A stretch of 64,000 nucleotides of DNA from Candidatus Eiseniibacteriota bacterium (GCA_963744995.1 CAVUWA010000002.1:352001-416000); one strand, 5' to 3'. Numbered from the stretch's first letter, positions 1 to 12,160 are shown. Numbers and translations: made by a program. Notes: generated from the letters alone by a model not told the origin.

Positions 1-851
1 CCGGCTGCACCGGCTGCGCGGGGCTCCAGCGCCTGCGGCTCATGGAAGAGCGGCTCGCCCTGGTCGCGACGGCGGTGACGATCGTCGCGCACTCGAGCTT
101 TGCGCGCACGCGACTCAACGCGGGACTCAGGCGCCGGATCGAGGTGGTCCCTTACGGCGTGGACACCGAGCGCTTCGGCCTCGACGGGGAAGCCGCCCGC
201 CCGCCCGCGGACGACGCCCCGCGGGAGGCGCTCGGCGCATGGGCTTCGCTCGAGGCGATGGCGACGAATCCGGGCGTGCCGCGCGTGCTGCTGCTCGGCG
301 AGCCGGCGGTTTCGCGCGGCTCGCATCTGCTGCTCGACCTGTTCGTGGCGTTGCGTGCGCGCGTGCCCGAGGCCGAGCTGGTGATCGTGCACGGCGAGAC
401 GTCGCGCGAGACGTGGGGGGCGGCGTTCTCGGCGGAGGCCCGGGGGATGGGCCTCGGCGACAAGGTGCGCATGCTGCCGGCACTGCCCAAACGCTGGCTG
501 CCGGCGCTCTACCGCGCATGCGACATCGCGATCGCGCCGGCGGTCGGGCACGAGCCGGGCGGTCTCGCGCTGCTCGAGGCGATGGCCGCCATGGTGCCGC
601 TCGTGGCGTCTCCGGTCGGCGCCGTGCAGGACCTGATCGTCGACGGGGAGGAGGGCCTGGTGGTGGATGCGCGCGACGTGGCGACGTTCGCCGACGCCCT
701 GCAGCGGCTGCTCGTGGACCCCGGCGCGCGCGCGGCCATGGGCGAGGCGTCCCGGGTGCGGGTCCTCAGGGACTACGCCCTCGACCGCTCGATCGCCCGG
801 CTGGAATCCTGCTACGACGGCATGCGGGATCGTCCGCGCCAGGCGGCCTGA
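1..851 (+). CDS. GT4/GT-B glycosyltransferase, 5' truncated by the window edge
   Basis: VVPYGVDTERF and EPGGLALLEAMAAMVPLVASPVG motifs; frame is open upstream of the ATG at 42. Confidence 0.9.
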   Translation, partial: GCTGCAGLQRLRLMEERLALVATAVTIVAHSSFARTRLNAGLRRRIEVVPYGVDTERFGLDGEAARPPADDAPREALGAWASLEAMATNPGVPRVLLLGEPAVSRGSHLLLDLFVALRARVPEAELVIVHGETSRETWGAAFSAEARGMGLGDKVRMLPALPKRWLPALYRACDIAIAPAVGHEPGGLALLEAMAAMVPLVASPVGAVQDLIVDGEEGLVVDARDVATFADALQRLLVDPGARAAMGEASRVRVLRDYALDRSIARLESCYDGMRDRPRQAA

Positions 852-1036
852 AAAGACGCCTGCAGCCGCAGCCCGGTCCGGCGCATCCAACGGAGTGAAG
901 TCGCGTCGCCGCACCACGCCATCATGGCGGCCGCCGCGGCCGCTGCGGGCGCTGCGGGCGCCGCGCCGCACCTGCGGGTGCCATTCGCCGCCCCGCTTCG
1001 CGTATGCGACACTCGTTGCGCCTTCAAAGGAGACCC

Positions 1037-2122
1037 ATGAGCTGGTCCTGGTCCATCGGCCGAATGTTCGGCATCCACATCAAGATCCACTTCACGTTCC
1101 TGCTGTTCGTGGGCTGGATCGCGATGTCGCAGGGGCTGCTCACGGGCGACGCCCTGCAGGCGGGTCTGTCGGTGACGCTGATGCTCCTCGTCTTCGGCTG
1201 CGTGCTGTTGCACGAGCTCGGCCACGCGCTCACGGCGCGGCGCTACGGCGTCCAGACCCGTGACATCATTCTGCTGCCGATCGGCGGCGTCGCGCGCCTC
1301 GAACGCATGCCCGAGAAGCCGTCGCAGGAGATGCTCGTCGCGATCGCCGGCCCGGCCGTGAACGTGGTCATCGCGCTCCTGCTGGCGGGCGTGATGGCGG
1401 CGCTCCACTTCTCGATGGACCGCCTCTCGTTCACCGGCAGTCTGCTGGAGGCGCTGCTCTACGTGAACGTCGTCATCGTGGCGTTCAACATGCTGCCGGC
1501 GTTCCCGATGGACGGCGGGCGCGTCCTGCGCGCGCTGCTGGCGATCCGGCTGCCGTTCGTGCGCGCCACGCGCATCGCCTCCTACGTCGGACAGGGCGTC
1601 GCCGTGCTGTTCGGCATCGCCGGGATCATGATGAACCATCCGATGCTGCTGTTCGTCGCGCTGTTCGTGTTCATGGCCGCCTATGAGGAGCGCGCGATGG
1701 TGCGCAGCCGCTCCGTGATGACCGGGCTGCCCGTGAGTGCGGCGATGCTCACCGACTTCCAGGTCGTGGACGCGGACGCGACGCTGCAGTCCGCCATGGA
1801 CCTGCTGATGTCGGGCAGTCAGAGCGACTTTCCGGTGGTGCACGACGACCGCCCGGTCGGCGTGCTCACCCGCAGCGAGCTGCTCGCCGGACTCAAGCAG
1901 GCGGGACCCGACGCCCGCGTGGGCGAAGTCATGACGCCGGATCAATCCTACGTGGATCCGGGCGAGCCGCTGCAGGCCGTGGTGCAGCGGATGCAGGCGG
2001 GCCGGCGCACGGCGCTGCCGGTGATGAACCAGGGCCGGCTGGTGGGACTGGTGACGGTCGAGAACGTCAGCGAGCTGCTCATGGCGCGCGACGCGCTACG
2101 GCGTTTTCAGGGAGCCTCCTGA
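1037..2122 (+). CDS. Site-2 protease (M50 zinc metalloprotease) with C-terminal CBS pair
   Basis: HELGH and NMLPAFPMDGGR motifs, TM helices, two CBS repeats; AAGGAG RBS before ATG 1037. Confidence 0.93.
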   Translation: MSWSWSIGRMFGIHIKIHFTFLLFVGWIAMSQGLLTGDALQAGLSVTLMLLVFGCVLLHELGHALTARRYGVQTRDIILLPIGGVARLERMPEKPSQEMLVAIAGPAVNVVIALLLAGVMAALHFSMDRLSFTGSLLEALLYVNVVIVAFNMLPAFPMDGGRVLRALLAIRLPFVRATRIASYVGQGVAVLFGIAGIMMNHPMLLFVALFVFMAAYEERAMVRSRSVMTGLPVSAAMLTDFQVVDADATLQSAMDLLMSGSQSDFPVVHDDRPVGVLTRSELLAGLKQAGPDARVGEVMTPDQSYVDPGEPLQAVVQRMQAGRRTALPVMNQGRLVGLVTVENVSELLMARDALRRFQGAS

Positions 2123-2125
2123 GCG

Positions 2126-2956
2126 GTGGCTGCGCGGCGTGTCCCGATCGCGGGCCTCATGGTCGTGACGCTCGCCGTCGCCGGCATGGTGATCGCGACG
2201 CAGAGCATGCGCGGGGTGCAGTGGCGCACCCTCAAGCCCGGTCTCGAATTCGCCACGATCCGCGGTGAGCCCTACTGCCGGCGCGGTTCCTCGGCGATCG
2301 CGGTGCTGCGGGTGGACCCGCGGCGGTTCCGCCTGCGCGTCCGCCACTACTCGACCGAGTCGGAACAGAAACCACTCGACGTGCTCGAGTGGCAGAAGCG
2401 GAGCGGTGCGCTCGCGGTCTTCAACGCGGGTCAGTACTACCCGGATTTGTCCTACATGGGGCTGCTGGTGAGCGACGGTCACGTGATCTCCTCACGCCGC
2501 CATCCGGCCTACCAGGCGGCGCTGGTCGCGGAGCCGGCGGACGGCAGCGCCCAGGCGCGGGTCCTCGACCTCACCGACGAACGCATCGACCCTTCGCAGC
2601 CGGGATGGCGGGAGGTGGCGCAGTCGTTCATGCTCTTCGATCGCAAGGGAACGCTGCGCGTCCGCAAGACCGACCGCATCGCGAACCGCACGATCGTCGG
2701 CGAGGATCAGCACGGGCGCGTGATCGTCGCCACCACCGAGGGCGGCTACAAGCTGTGGGAACTCGCGCATCTGCTGCGCTCGAGCCCGCTCGGCATGGAC
2801 CACGCGATGTGCATGGACGGCGGCGCCGAAGCCAAGCTGTGCGTGCACGCCGGCCGCTTCAGCTATGCGAGCTTCGGCCCGTGGAACGGCGAGGACCGCG
2901 CCGCGACGGGATCCGACGTGCCGCTGCCCGCCGTGATCACGGTGAGCGCACGTTGA
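2126..2956 (+). CDS. Phosphodiester glycosidase (NAGPA/DUF2233-like) family exported protein
   Basis: N-terminal hydrophobic anchor; AVFNAGQY, NRTIVG and AMCMDGG motifs. Confidence 0.75.
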   Translation: MAARRVPIAGLMVVTLAVAGMVIATQSMRGVQWRTLKPGLEFATIRGEPYCRRGSSAIAVLRVDPRRFRLRVRHYSTESEQKPLDVLEWQKRSGALAVFNAGQYYPDLSYMGLLVSDGHVISSRRHPAYQAALVAEPADGSAQARVLDLTDERIDPSQPGWREVAQSFMLFDRKGTLRVRKTDRIANRTIVGEDQHGRVIVATTEGGYKLWELAHLLRSSPLGMDHAMCMDGGAEAKLCVHAGRFSYASFGPWNGEDRAATGSDVPLPAVITVSAR

Positions 2957-3507
2957 GCCGGCGCCCGGCGGGCCCCGCGTTCCCGTGCGCGCGTTGCGGG
3001 ACGCCGATCCGCCGCACCCCGCGGCGGATCGGCGGCCACGAGCTGCTCACGCTGTCGTGCCCGCGCTGCCGCTACATGATGTACGACTACCCGCGGCCCT
3101 GTGCCGGGATGATCGTGCTGCGCGGGGGCGATACGCTCGTCCTGCGCCGCGGACACGCGCCCCGGCGCGGCATGCTGGACATCCCGGGCGGGTTCATCGA
3201 CGCGGGGGAGGACATCGAAGCCGCCGCACGACGCGAACTGCTGGAGGAGACGGGGCTCCGGGCGCGGGCGGTGCGCGGGTTCGGCTTCTGGTGGGACCGA
3301 TACTATCTGCGCGGCTTCGGATATTTTCCGACGATGAATTTCTATTTCATCACCCGCTCGGCCGCAGGCACGCCGATCGCGGGCGACGATGCGGCCTCGT
3401 GCGAGTGGGTGCCGCTCGCGAAGCTCGGCAGGCAGAGCCATCGCTTCGCGTGGGCGCACATGCACGAAGTCGTGAAGAAGCTCCGTCGCGAGGTGCGGGG
3501 ATCATGA
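2953..3507 (+). CDS. NUDIX hydrolase with N-terminal zinc ribbon
   Basis: CARC...CPRC plus Nudix box GGFIDAGEDIEAAARRELLEETG; probable TTG start overlapping the upstream TGA. Confidence 0.85.
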   Translation: MSRRPAGPAFPCARCGTPIRRTPRRIGGHELLTLSCPRCRYMMYDYPRPCAGMIVLRGGDTLVLRRGHAPRRGMLDIPGGFIDAGEDIEAAARRELLEETGLRARAVRGFGFWWDRYYLRGFGYFPTMNFYFITRSAAGTPIAGDDAASCEWVPLAKLGRQSHRFAWAHMHEVVKKLRREVRGS

Positions 3508-3980
3508 ACGCGCACGGGACAGCGACGGTGGAAGGCATCTGGACGGCGGACACCTCGGGCGCGGAGCCGGCGCCCGTTGCGGAAGCGCGGCTGGAGGCGG
3601 GGCGGGGCATCGCGGGGGACCGCTATCACGCGGGGACCGGAACGTTCTCGCCGACGCCGATGGATCCCGATCACCAGCTCACGCTGATCGCAGCGGAGGA
3701 GATCGAGGCCTTCAACGCGGCGACGGGGCAGACGCTCGGCCACGGCGCGTTCCGCCGCAACGTGGTGACGCGCGGCCTGGACCTGAACGCCCTGGTGGGC
3801 GTGCGCTTCCGGATCGGCAGTGCGGAGGTACGGGGCGTGCGTCTGTGCGAACCGTGCGCGCACCTGGCGTCGCTGCTCGGTGGCGACGTGCTGAAGCGGA
3901 TGGTGCATCGCGCGGGGCTGCGGGCCGAGATCGTCGGTTCCGGGACGGTGCGGGCGGGGGATCGGGTCGAGGCGCCGTAG
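3504..3980 (+). CDS. MOSC domain protein
   Basis: GIAGDRY, RRNVVTRG, CEPC and GLRAEI motifs; ATGA overlap. Confidence 0.88.
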   Translation: MNAHGTATVEGIWTADTSGAEPAPVAEARLEAGRGIAGDRYHAGTGTFSPTPMDPDHQLTLIAAEEIEAFNAATGQTLGHGAFRRNVVTRGLDLNALVGVRFRIGSAEVRGVRLCEPCAHLASLLGGDVLKRMVHRAGLRAEIVGSGTVRAGDRVEAP

Positions 3981-4260
3981 GGAGTCGCCGTGTCATCCCG
4001 GACAGGCGCCGGCCGGCCCCGCCGGGAGTCGGCTGTGGGGCTCCATTTCGCGGCTTCGCCGGCCGCTTGCGAAGGTGTATTCTCACCCGGTTCGCGGGGC
4101 GTCGGACCGGGCGGATTCGTGCGCCGGTGGGCCCCGCGATTCGGGTTTTGAAGGTCGTCCGCCTTCGGGCCGGACGCACGGCAGTCACTCACGATTGCCG
4201 GGAGATGCGGGTCCTGCGAGCCCCGACTTGCCGGCTTGATTTCCGCAAGGAGGGCTTCAG

Positions 4261-5775
4261 ATGCCAGCCCCGCGCAACGCGCAGACCTCGACCGTGGTGA
4301 ACGGTTCTTCCACCGCCGGCGCCGCCGTGCGCACCGTCCAGAACTACATCGGCGGGCGCTGGGTCGACTCGGCCGCGACCGAATTCGGCGAAGTCATGAA
4401 TCCCGCCACCGACCAGCTGCTGGCCCGCGTGCCGATGGGCGGCGCGGCCGACGTCGAGGCAGCGGTCAAAGCCGCCGCGAAGGCCTACGAGACGTGGCGT
4501 TCCACGCCGCCGGTCGAGCGCGTGAAGCCGCTGTTCGAACTCAAGAATCTGATGGAGAAGCACTTCGACGACGTCGCCCGCACGATCACGCGCGAGCACG
4601 GCAAGACGCTGGACGAGTCGCGCGGCAGCGTGCGGCGCGCGATCGACAACGTCGATCTCGCGCTCGGCGCGCCGACGCGCCTGATGGGCGATTCGCTCGA
4701 GGACGTCGCCTCCGGCATCGACTGCCACACGGTGCGCCAGCCGCTCGGCGTATTCGCGGCGATCACGCCGTTCAATTTCCCGGCGATGGTGCCGCTGTGG
4801 TTCCTGCCGCACGCCGTGGCATGCGGCAACACGTTCATCGCCAAGCCGAGCGAGCGCGTGCCGCTCTCGCAGGTGCGGATCTTCGAGCTGATCCACGACG
4901 CGGGCTTCCCGGAGGGCGTCGTCAACATGGTGAACGGCGCCAGGGATGTGGTGGACGCGATCCTCGACCATCCCGGCATCGCCGGCGTGTCGTTCGTCGG
5001 CTCGTCGCCGGTCGCCCACTACGTCTACAAGCGCGCCGCCGAGAAGGGCAAACGCGTCCAGGCGCTGGGCGGCGCGAAGAACTTCGTCGTCGTCATGCCC
5101 GACGCCAACATGGACCGTGCGGCGTCGATTTCGACCGAGTCCTGCTTCGGCTGCGCCGGCGAGCGCTGCCTCGCGAACAGCATCGTGCTCGCCGTCGGCG
5201 ACGCCTACGGGCAGATCCGTGACCGGCTCGTGGACCAGGCGAAGCGGCTCAAGGTCGGCAACGGCGAGGAGCCGGGCGTGACGATGGGTCCGGTCATCAC
5301 GAAGCAGCATCGCGAGAAGGTGCTCGGCTACATCGAGCAGGGCATCAAGGAGGGCGCCAAGCTGCTGCTCGACGGCCGCGGGTTCAAGGACCCGAAGCAC
5401 CCCGACGGTTACTTCCTCGGGCCCACGGTGTTCGACGAGGTGACGCCCGACATGGTGATCGGCCGCGAAGAGATCTTCGGCCCCGTGCTGGCGATCATGC
5501 GTGCGAAAACCTTCGACGAGGCCGTCGAGATGGTGAAGAAGCACGAGCTCGGCAACGCGACGAGCATCTTCACCAGCAGCGGCAAGTATGCGCGCGAATA
5601 CCGCTACCGCGTCGAGCCGAGCATGCTCGGCGTGAACATCGGCGTGGCGGCGCCCATGGCCTACTTCCCGTTCGGCGGCGCGAAGGGGTCGTTCTACGGC
5701 GATCTCAAGGCGCACGGCCGCGACTCGGTCGAGTTCTACACGGACAAGAAGGTCGTGATCAGCCGCTGGTTCTAG
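4261..5775 (+). CDS. mmsA: CoA-acylating (methyl)malonate-semialdehyde dehydrogenase
   Basis: ITPFNFPAM, KPSE, SFVGS, GGAKN, AGERC, EEIFGPV motifs and K(K)VVISRW end. Confidence 0.95.
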   Translation: MPAPRNAQTSTVVNGSSTAGAAVRTVQNYIGGRWVDSAATEFGEVMNPATDQLLARVPMGGAADVEAAVKAAAKAYETWRSTPPVERVKPLFELKNLMEKHFDDVARTITREHGKTLDESRGSVRRAIDNVDLALGAPTRLMGDSLEDVASGIDCHTVRQPLGVFAAITPFNFPAMVPLWFLPHAVACGNTFIAKPSERVPLSQVRIFELIHDAGFPEGVVNMVNGARDVVDAILDHPGIAGVSFVGSSPVAHYVYKRAAEKGKRVQALGGAKNFVVVMPDANMDRAASISTESCFGCAGERCLANSIVLAVGDAYGQIRDRLVDQAKRLKVGNGEEPGVTMGPVITKQHREKVLGYIEQGIKEGAKLLLDGRGFKDPKHPDGYFLGPTVFDEVTPDMVIGREEIFGPVLAIMRAKTFDEAVEMVKKHELGNATSIFTSSGKYAREYRYRVEPSMLGVNIGVAAPMAYFPFGGAKGSFYGDLKAHGRDSVEFYTDKKVVISRWF

Positions 5776-5869
5776 GCGGCGACGTCCTCCGCCGCGCGGC
5801 GCCCCGCCGCGCGGCCGGAGGGCCGCCCCGGCACGGCGCCGGCACGCAGCGGCGACGCCACGCCGGCTC

Positions 5870-7048
5870 TTACCCCACGACGAGCAGGCCCACCTCGCCA
5901 CCGAAGTCGTCTTCGGCCTTCGGCAGACCGGGCGGTGCGCGCCATGCGCCGCCGTCGACCCGAATCGCGATGCGGTGGAGTCCCGGCGAGAGCGGCAGGA
6001 CCACCTCCCAGCGGTTCCAGCCGGCCGCCACCGCGCTCACCGGCGTCCAGCCGTTCGCGTCGCACGACACGTCCAGGGACCTGGCCTCGAGCGTGAACAC
6101 CACGCGCGCCGCCGCGGCGCCCACGCGTTCGACCGTGATCGCGGGGGGCGTGCGCCTCGGCGCCTGCGCGTCCGGTTCGCGGCGCCGGCCCGGCGCGATC
6201 TGGATGCCGACAGCGGCCCGGTTGCCCTGCACCGATTCCAGCGCGCCGGCGACGTGAGCGGTGGTCCTGACGCCCGCGAACAGGGCCACGCCGGGAGTGG
6301 CCCAGAACGCGGCCCTGAGCTCGGCCCAGCGCCCGAGCGGCGGGTGAGGTCCGCGGGCGACGCCCGCACGACCGTCGACGTCGAAGCGCGCACCCGTCCA
6401 GCCGAGCCCCACCTCGAGGCCGGTGAGCAGGCGGATGTCGTCGGAGGGATACGACGGGCCCGGGAAGCGCACCACGCCCGCCGAGTCGGCCGGTCCCTCC
6501 GCCTGCTGCGGCGCCGGGCCGCGCACGTGGATCGCGCGCAGCAGCTGGACCACCTGCGTCGTGAGCGTCAGCGGGCCGCGCCGCATCCAGAAGCCGCCGC
6601 CCGCGAGCGGCAGGCGCGCCGGCTCGTTGCCCGTCATGAGACCGCCGGTCGCGAGCCACGCTCCGGCATGCTCGCCCGAGTAGTGCAGCCGCAGCGACAT
6701 CGCGCCCGAGGACGAGGCGCTCCACGCCCCGGCACCTGCGCCGCGGAGTCCCAACTCCAGTCGTGCGCCCGGAGGCGCAGCCCGTGGGGCGAGGCCGGCG
6801 CGCGCCGCGGCATCCGCAGGGCCCTGCCGCGCGCCGAGCCCGAACGAAGCGGTCCCCGCGACGCCGTAGCCGAGGCGCGTTCCGTCGAACCACAGCGCCG
6901 GCGCGAAGCCGGTGGCCGGAGCGCCCGCGGGCCACGCATTCATCCAGCTGCGTTCGAGCGGCGCCGGGAACGGCTGCGCAGCGGCGGAGCGTGCGCCGGG
7001 CGCCAGCAGCAGCAGCGACATGAGCAGGGGGGCGGCACGGCTTTTCAT
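5870..7048 (-). CDS. Secreted protein: predicted beta-barrel-like region plus C-terminal CBM48/AMPK-type glycogen-binding domain
   Basis: Signal peptide MKSRAAPLLMSLLLLAPGARSAAA; alternating beta-strand pattern; NGWTP...LSPGLHRIAIRVDGGAW...DDFGG; ATGA overlap at 7045-7048. Confidence 0.7.
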   Translation of the reverse strand: MKSRAAPLLMSLLLLAPGARSAAAQPFPAPLERSWMNAWPAGAPATGFAPALWFDGTRLGYGVAGTASFGLGARQGPADAAARAGLAPRAAPPGARLELGLRGAGAGAWSASSSGAMSLRLHYSGEHAGAWLATGGLMTGNEPARLPLAGGGFWMRRGPLTLTTQVVQLLRAIHVRGPAPQQAEGPADSAGVVRFPGPSYPSDDIRLLTGLEVGLGWTGARFDVDGRAGVARGPHPPLGRWAELRAAFWATPGVALFAGVRTTAHVAGALESVQGNRAAVGIQIAPGRRREPDAQAPRRTPPAITVERVGAAAARVVFTLEARSLDVSCDANGWTPVSAVAAGWNRWEVVLPLSPGLHRIAIRVDGGAWRAPPGLPKAEDDFGGEVGLLVVG

Positions 7049-7698
7049 GGGCCCGGGCCTCGTTTCGTCCTTCGGGATTCGACCGGTCCGTCGAACGTTC
7101 TCACCAGCCGGCGCATGCACGCAACCGTCGCGCCATCCGGTGCGATGCCGGAGCGAATGTCGAGGTCGATGCGTTCGCGCAGCCGCATCAGCTCGTCGTC
7201 GCTCACGCCCGCGCGCAACGCGGTCAACACGGCGGCGCTCGCGGTCCCGACCGGAACGCGCCGGCTCAGGAGGTCCGCGAGCACGACCAGAGGAACGACC
7301 AGCGGGCGCGCGCCGGCCGCCGGTCGCAGCCCGGCCAGGGAGTCGGCGGAAACGCCGGCGGAGAGTGCGACCGACGCGGCGACCAGTTCCGACGGTGTGG
7401 ACCCCCCGCCCAGCAGTTCCCGTGACCGTCTCATGTCGGCGGCGAGCCGGCGGACCGCCGCGACCACGCGCGGCCCCGGCGCGCCGCGGCTCGCCCCTTC
7501 GAGCGCGCGGGCGATCAGGGGTTCCACGGGCAGGTGGTCGAGCCGTGCCGCCTCGACGATTTCGTCGACTGCCGCCGCGGTCGCCGGTTCCAGGCGGACG
7601 TCCCACGAGGTGTCGGCGGGCGCCGCGTGTGCGGATCCCGCAGCCAGCAGGATGACCAGGCACCCCGCGAGCGCCAGGCGCCGGCGCACGCCGGCCAT
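7045..7698 (-). CDS. Exported alpha-helical hypothetical protein
   Basis: Signal peptide MAGVRRRLALAGCLVILLAAGSAHA; overlaps both neighbours. Confidence 0.7.
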   Translation of the reverse strand: MAGVRRRLALAGCLVILLAAGSAHAAPADTSWDVRLEPATAAAVDEIVEAARLDHLPVEPLIARALEGASRGAPGPRVVAAVRRLAADMRRSRELLGGGSTPSELVAASVALSAGVSADSLAGLRPAAGARPLVVPLVVLADLLSRRVPVGTASAAVLTALRAGVSDDELMRLRERIDLDIRSGIAPDGATVACMRRLVRTFDGPVESRRTKRGPGP

Positions 7699-8261
7699 CA
7701 AGCGCCTCCCTTCACCACCACGACCGAGCGCGACGGGCCGAGATCGTCGGCCGGTGTCAGGGGCGCGAGCGGATCGTTCATCCAGCGCGTCCCATCGACC
7801 ACGAATGCGTATGAATGCCAGCCCGCCGGGAGTGTCACGCTGACCGACCAGTAGCCCGCGACCGGACCCGGCGCGAGCGGCGTCGCGTTTCGATCCCAGC
7901 CGTTGAAGTCGCCGACGAGCGAGACGCGCGATGCCGCCGGATCGGCGAACACGAAGCGGACCGCGCGCGGATCGGACGCCACCACGGGCGTTGCGCCCGA
8001 CGGGGTGCGGGGCGTCAGCCGCCAGGCGGCCGCGGCGCCGAACGCGACCAGAACCAGCGCCGCCGCCGCCACCGCCAGCGGGCGCACGGTCACGGTGCGC
8101 GGCCGCAGCCACGAGAACGCGTCAGCACGTGGCTGCCGGCGTCGCTCGATCGCGGCCAGGATTCGCGCCGCTGCGCCCGGCGCGGGCGGCGGCGTCTCGT
8201 GGTAGGCGCGCCGCAGGCGTTCGGCGAACCCCGCGGCCTCGCGATCGTCGCGCTCACTCAC
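7698..8261 (-). CDS. Putative anti-sigma factor: cytoplasmic N-terminus, one TM helix, CBM48/isoamylase early-set domain
   Basis: TM LAVAAAALVLVAFGAAAAW; VSLVGDFNGW...LPAGWHSYAFVVDG..W..DP; directly downstream of an ECF sigma gene. Confidence 0.8.
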   Translation of the reverse strand: MSERDDREAAGFAERLRRAYHETPPPAPGAAARILAAIERRRQPRADAFSWLRPRTVTVRPLAVAAAALVLVAFGAAAAWRLTPRTPSGATPVVASDPRAVRFVFADPAASRVSLVGDFNGWDRNATPLAPGPVAGYWSVSVTLPAGWHSYAFVVDGTRWMNDPLAPLTPADDLGPSRSVVVVKGGA

Positions 8262-8799
8262 CGGAACGCTCCTCCAGCAGCGGGCGCACCGTGTCGCGCG
8301 CCCTCTTCACGCGCATCTTGAGCGCGGAGACGCTCGCACCGGTCACGCGCCTCATGTCCTCGTAGGTCATGTCCTCTCCGTATTTGAGCAGCAGCGCCTC
8401 GCGCAGCGTCGGCTCGAGCGCCTCGAGCGCGCCCTGCAGCGCGTCATCCGGCCCCGTGTCGTCCCGGGGCCCCGGGGCGGCGGCTTCCTCGACCAGCGCG
8501 CCGCCGACGAAGCGGCGCGCCTCGCGCGAGCGCCGGCGGGCATGGGAGCGGCACTGGTTCACCAGGATCCGGAACAGCCACGACTTGAACCGATCCCGCT
8601 CGCGATAACGCCGCAGCGCCGCGAACGCGTGCAGGAACGTCTCCTGGACGACATCCTCCGCATCCTCCGCGCGGCCCAGCATGCGGCGCGCGTAGCGGGC
8701 GCAGGCCGCATGGTGCCGCTCGACGAGTTCCGTGAACCCGCCGGCATCGCCCGCGACCGCGCGCATGACCAGCGCGGCATCCGAGATGTCGCTCTGCAA
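8254..8799 (-). CDS. ECF RNA polymerase sigma factor (start uncertain; TTG 8799 or ATG 8766)
   Basis: DAEDVVQETF, FKSWLFRILVN, region 4 TYEDM...SVSALKMRVKRAR. Confidence 0.92.
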   Translation of the reverse strand: MQSDISDAALVMRAVAGDAGGFTELVERHHAACARYARRMLGRAEDAEDVVQETFLHAFAALRRYRERDRFKSWLFRILVNQCRSHARRRSREARRFVGGALVEEAAAPGPRDDTGPDDALQGALEALEPTLREALLLKYGEDMTYEDMRRVTGASVSALKMRVKRARDTVRPLLEERSGE

Positions 8800-8868
8800 G
8801 GCCGCTGTTCCGTCTCCCTCCGCCGGTCGGCCGCGCCCCGGGTCAGGTTCCGGCCGCGCCTTCTGTTC

Positions 8869-8898
8869 GTACAACGCGCGAACGCCGCCCGGGGTCAC
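8869..8898 (-). promoter_or_regulatory. Putative ECF-type promoter for the sigma operon, GTGACC-N16-CGTTGTAC
   Basis: Same boxes and spacing as the divergent copy at 8923-8952. Confidence 0.65.
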
Positions 8899-8922
8899 AT
8901 CGGCAGGAAAATTTCGCGCGAC

Positions 8923-8952
8923 GTGACCTCCGGCGCCGTCGCGGCGTTCTAC
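8923..8952 (+). promoter_or_regulatory. Putative ECF-type promoter for the 8986 gene, GTGACC-N16-CGTTCTAC
   Basis: Mirror of 8869-8898; lies just upstream of the GGAGGAGG RBS. Confidence 0.65.
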
Positions 8953-8985
8953 AGGATGACGATCGGGCTCTGGAGGAGGTCCACC

Positions 8986-9903
8986 ATGAACCATCATGCC
9001 TCGCGTTTCATCCGGCTGGCACTCGTCGTCCCGTGCCTGTGTGCCGCTCCGCTGGCGGCCGGCGCCGCGTCGGTCGCGGGAACCGTCCGCGATGCCGTGA
9101 CGCTCGATCCCGTTCCGGACGTTCAACTCACGCTCCACGTGCTCGACCCCGACTCGGTCGCGATCGCCGCGACCAGCGGCCCGGGCGGCGCCTACGCCAT
9201 CACGGGGGCCCCCGACGGGAACCGGCTCTACGTGCTCACCGGCGGCGGTGGTCCGGTCTACGCCGGCTTCTACGCGCGGCTGCCGATTCCGGATCCGACG
9301 CTGACGTTCGACGTGCTGCTCGACTCCCTGCAGATCGCGCCGCCCGGAGAACCCTACGACTCATCGGCGGTATTCGGGCAGATTCTTTCGAGTCCCGACG
9401 GCATGGCGGTGCCCGGAGCGGCGGTGAGCCTCTCTTCCGGAGACGGCGCCTACGTCGTTCACACGGGCGTAGATGGCCGCTATGCGCTGACGGTGCCATT
9501 GGGCACCTATACCGCAGGCGTCACCGCCGACGGCTACGAGCCGGTCACCGATGCCGGGCTCGAGGCCGAAACGGGAGGGCTCTCCTACGACGCCTTCCTC
9601 GTGCTCTCCACCGCCGACACACCGCCACCCGGTCCGCAGGGCGTTGCGGGCATCCGTTCCATCCGCCCCAATCCGTCGCGCGGCTCGACCGAGATCCGCT
9701 ACGTGCTGGCCGTGGCCGGACGCGTCGAGCTGGCGATCTACGACCTGTCGGGGCGTGAAGTGTCGCACCTGGTGTCCGGCTGGAACGACACGGGCCCGCA
9801 GGTGGCGACGTTCGACGCCGCGCGCCTGCCTGCCGGGGTCTACTTCTGCCGCCTGCAGGCGCCCGGAACGTCGGTATCGCGGCGGGTGGCGATCATGCCC
9901 TGA
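8986..9903 (+). CDS. Secreted protein with two carboxypeptidase-regulatory-like domains and a T9SS/FlgD-like C-terminal tail
   Basis: Strong RBS, signal peptide, GTVRDAVT and TGVDGRY repeats, PNP...IYDLSGR...LPAGVYFCRL tail. Confidence 0.8.
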   Translation: MNHHASRFIRLALVVPCLCAAPLAAGAASVAGTVRDAVTLDPVPDVQLTLHVLDPDSVAIAATSGPGGAYAITGAPDGNRLYVLTGGGGPVYAGFYARLPIPDPTLTFDVLLDSLQIAPPGEPYDSSAVFGQILSSPDGMAVPGAAVSLSSGDGAYVVHTGVDGRYALTVPLGTYTAGVTADGYEPVTDAGLEAETGGLSYDAFLVLSTADTPPPGPQGVAGIRSIRPNPSRGSTEIRYVLAVAGRVELAIYDLSGREVSHLVSGWNDTGPQVATFDAARLPAGVYFCRLQAPGTSVSRRVAIMP

Positions 9904-10030
9904 CCCGCTTCGTGCGCACGCGGCGGCGCTCCACGAGCGCCGCCGCCCGTGCGCCACCGCGTCTGCATCGCGCGCGCATCCGGTGCTATTCTGAGCACCG
10001 GGTTTGCAGACGTGACGGGTGGAGCGGGGC

Positions 10031-12160
<2,130 letters not shown>

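Noticed and set aside
8800..9138. Long N-terminal extension of the ECF sigma factor in the ORF track
   Set aside because: Overlaps the divergent gene and spans the putative promoters
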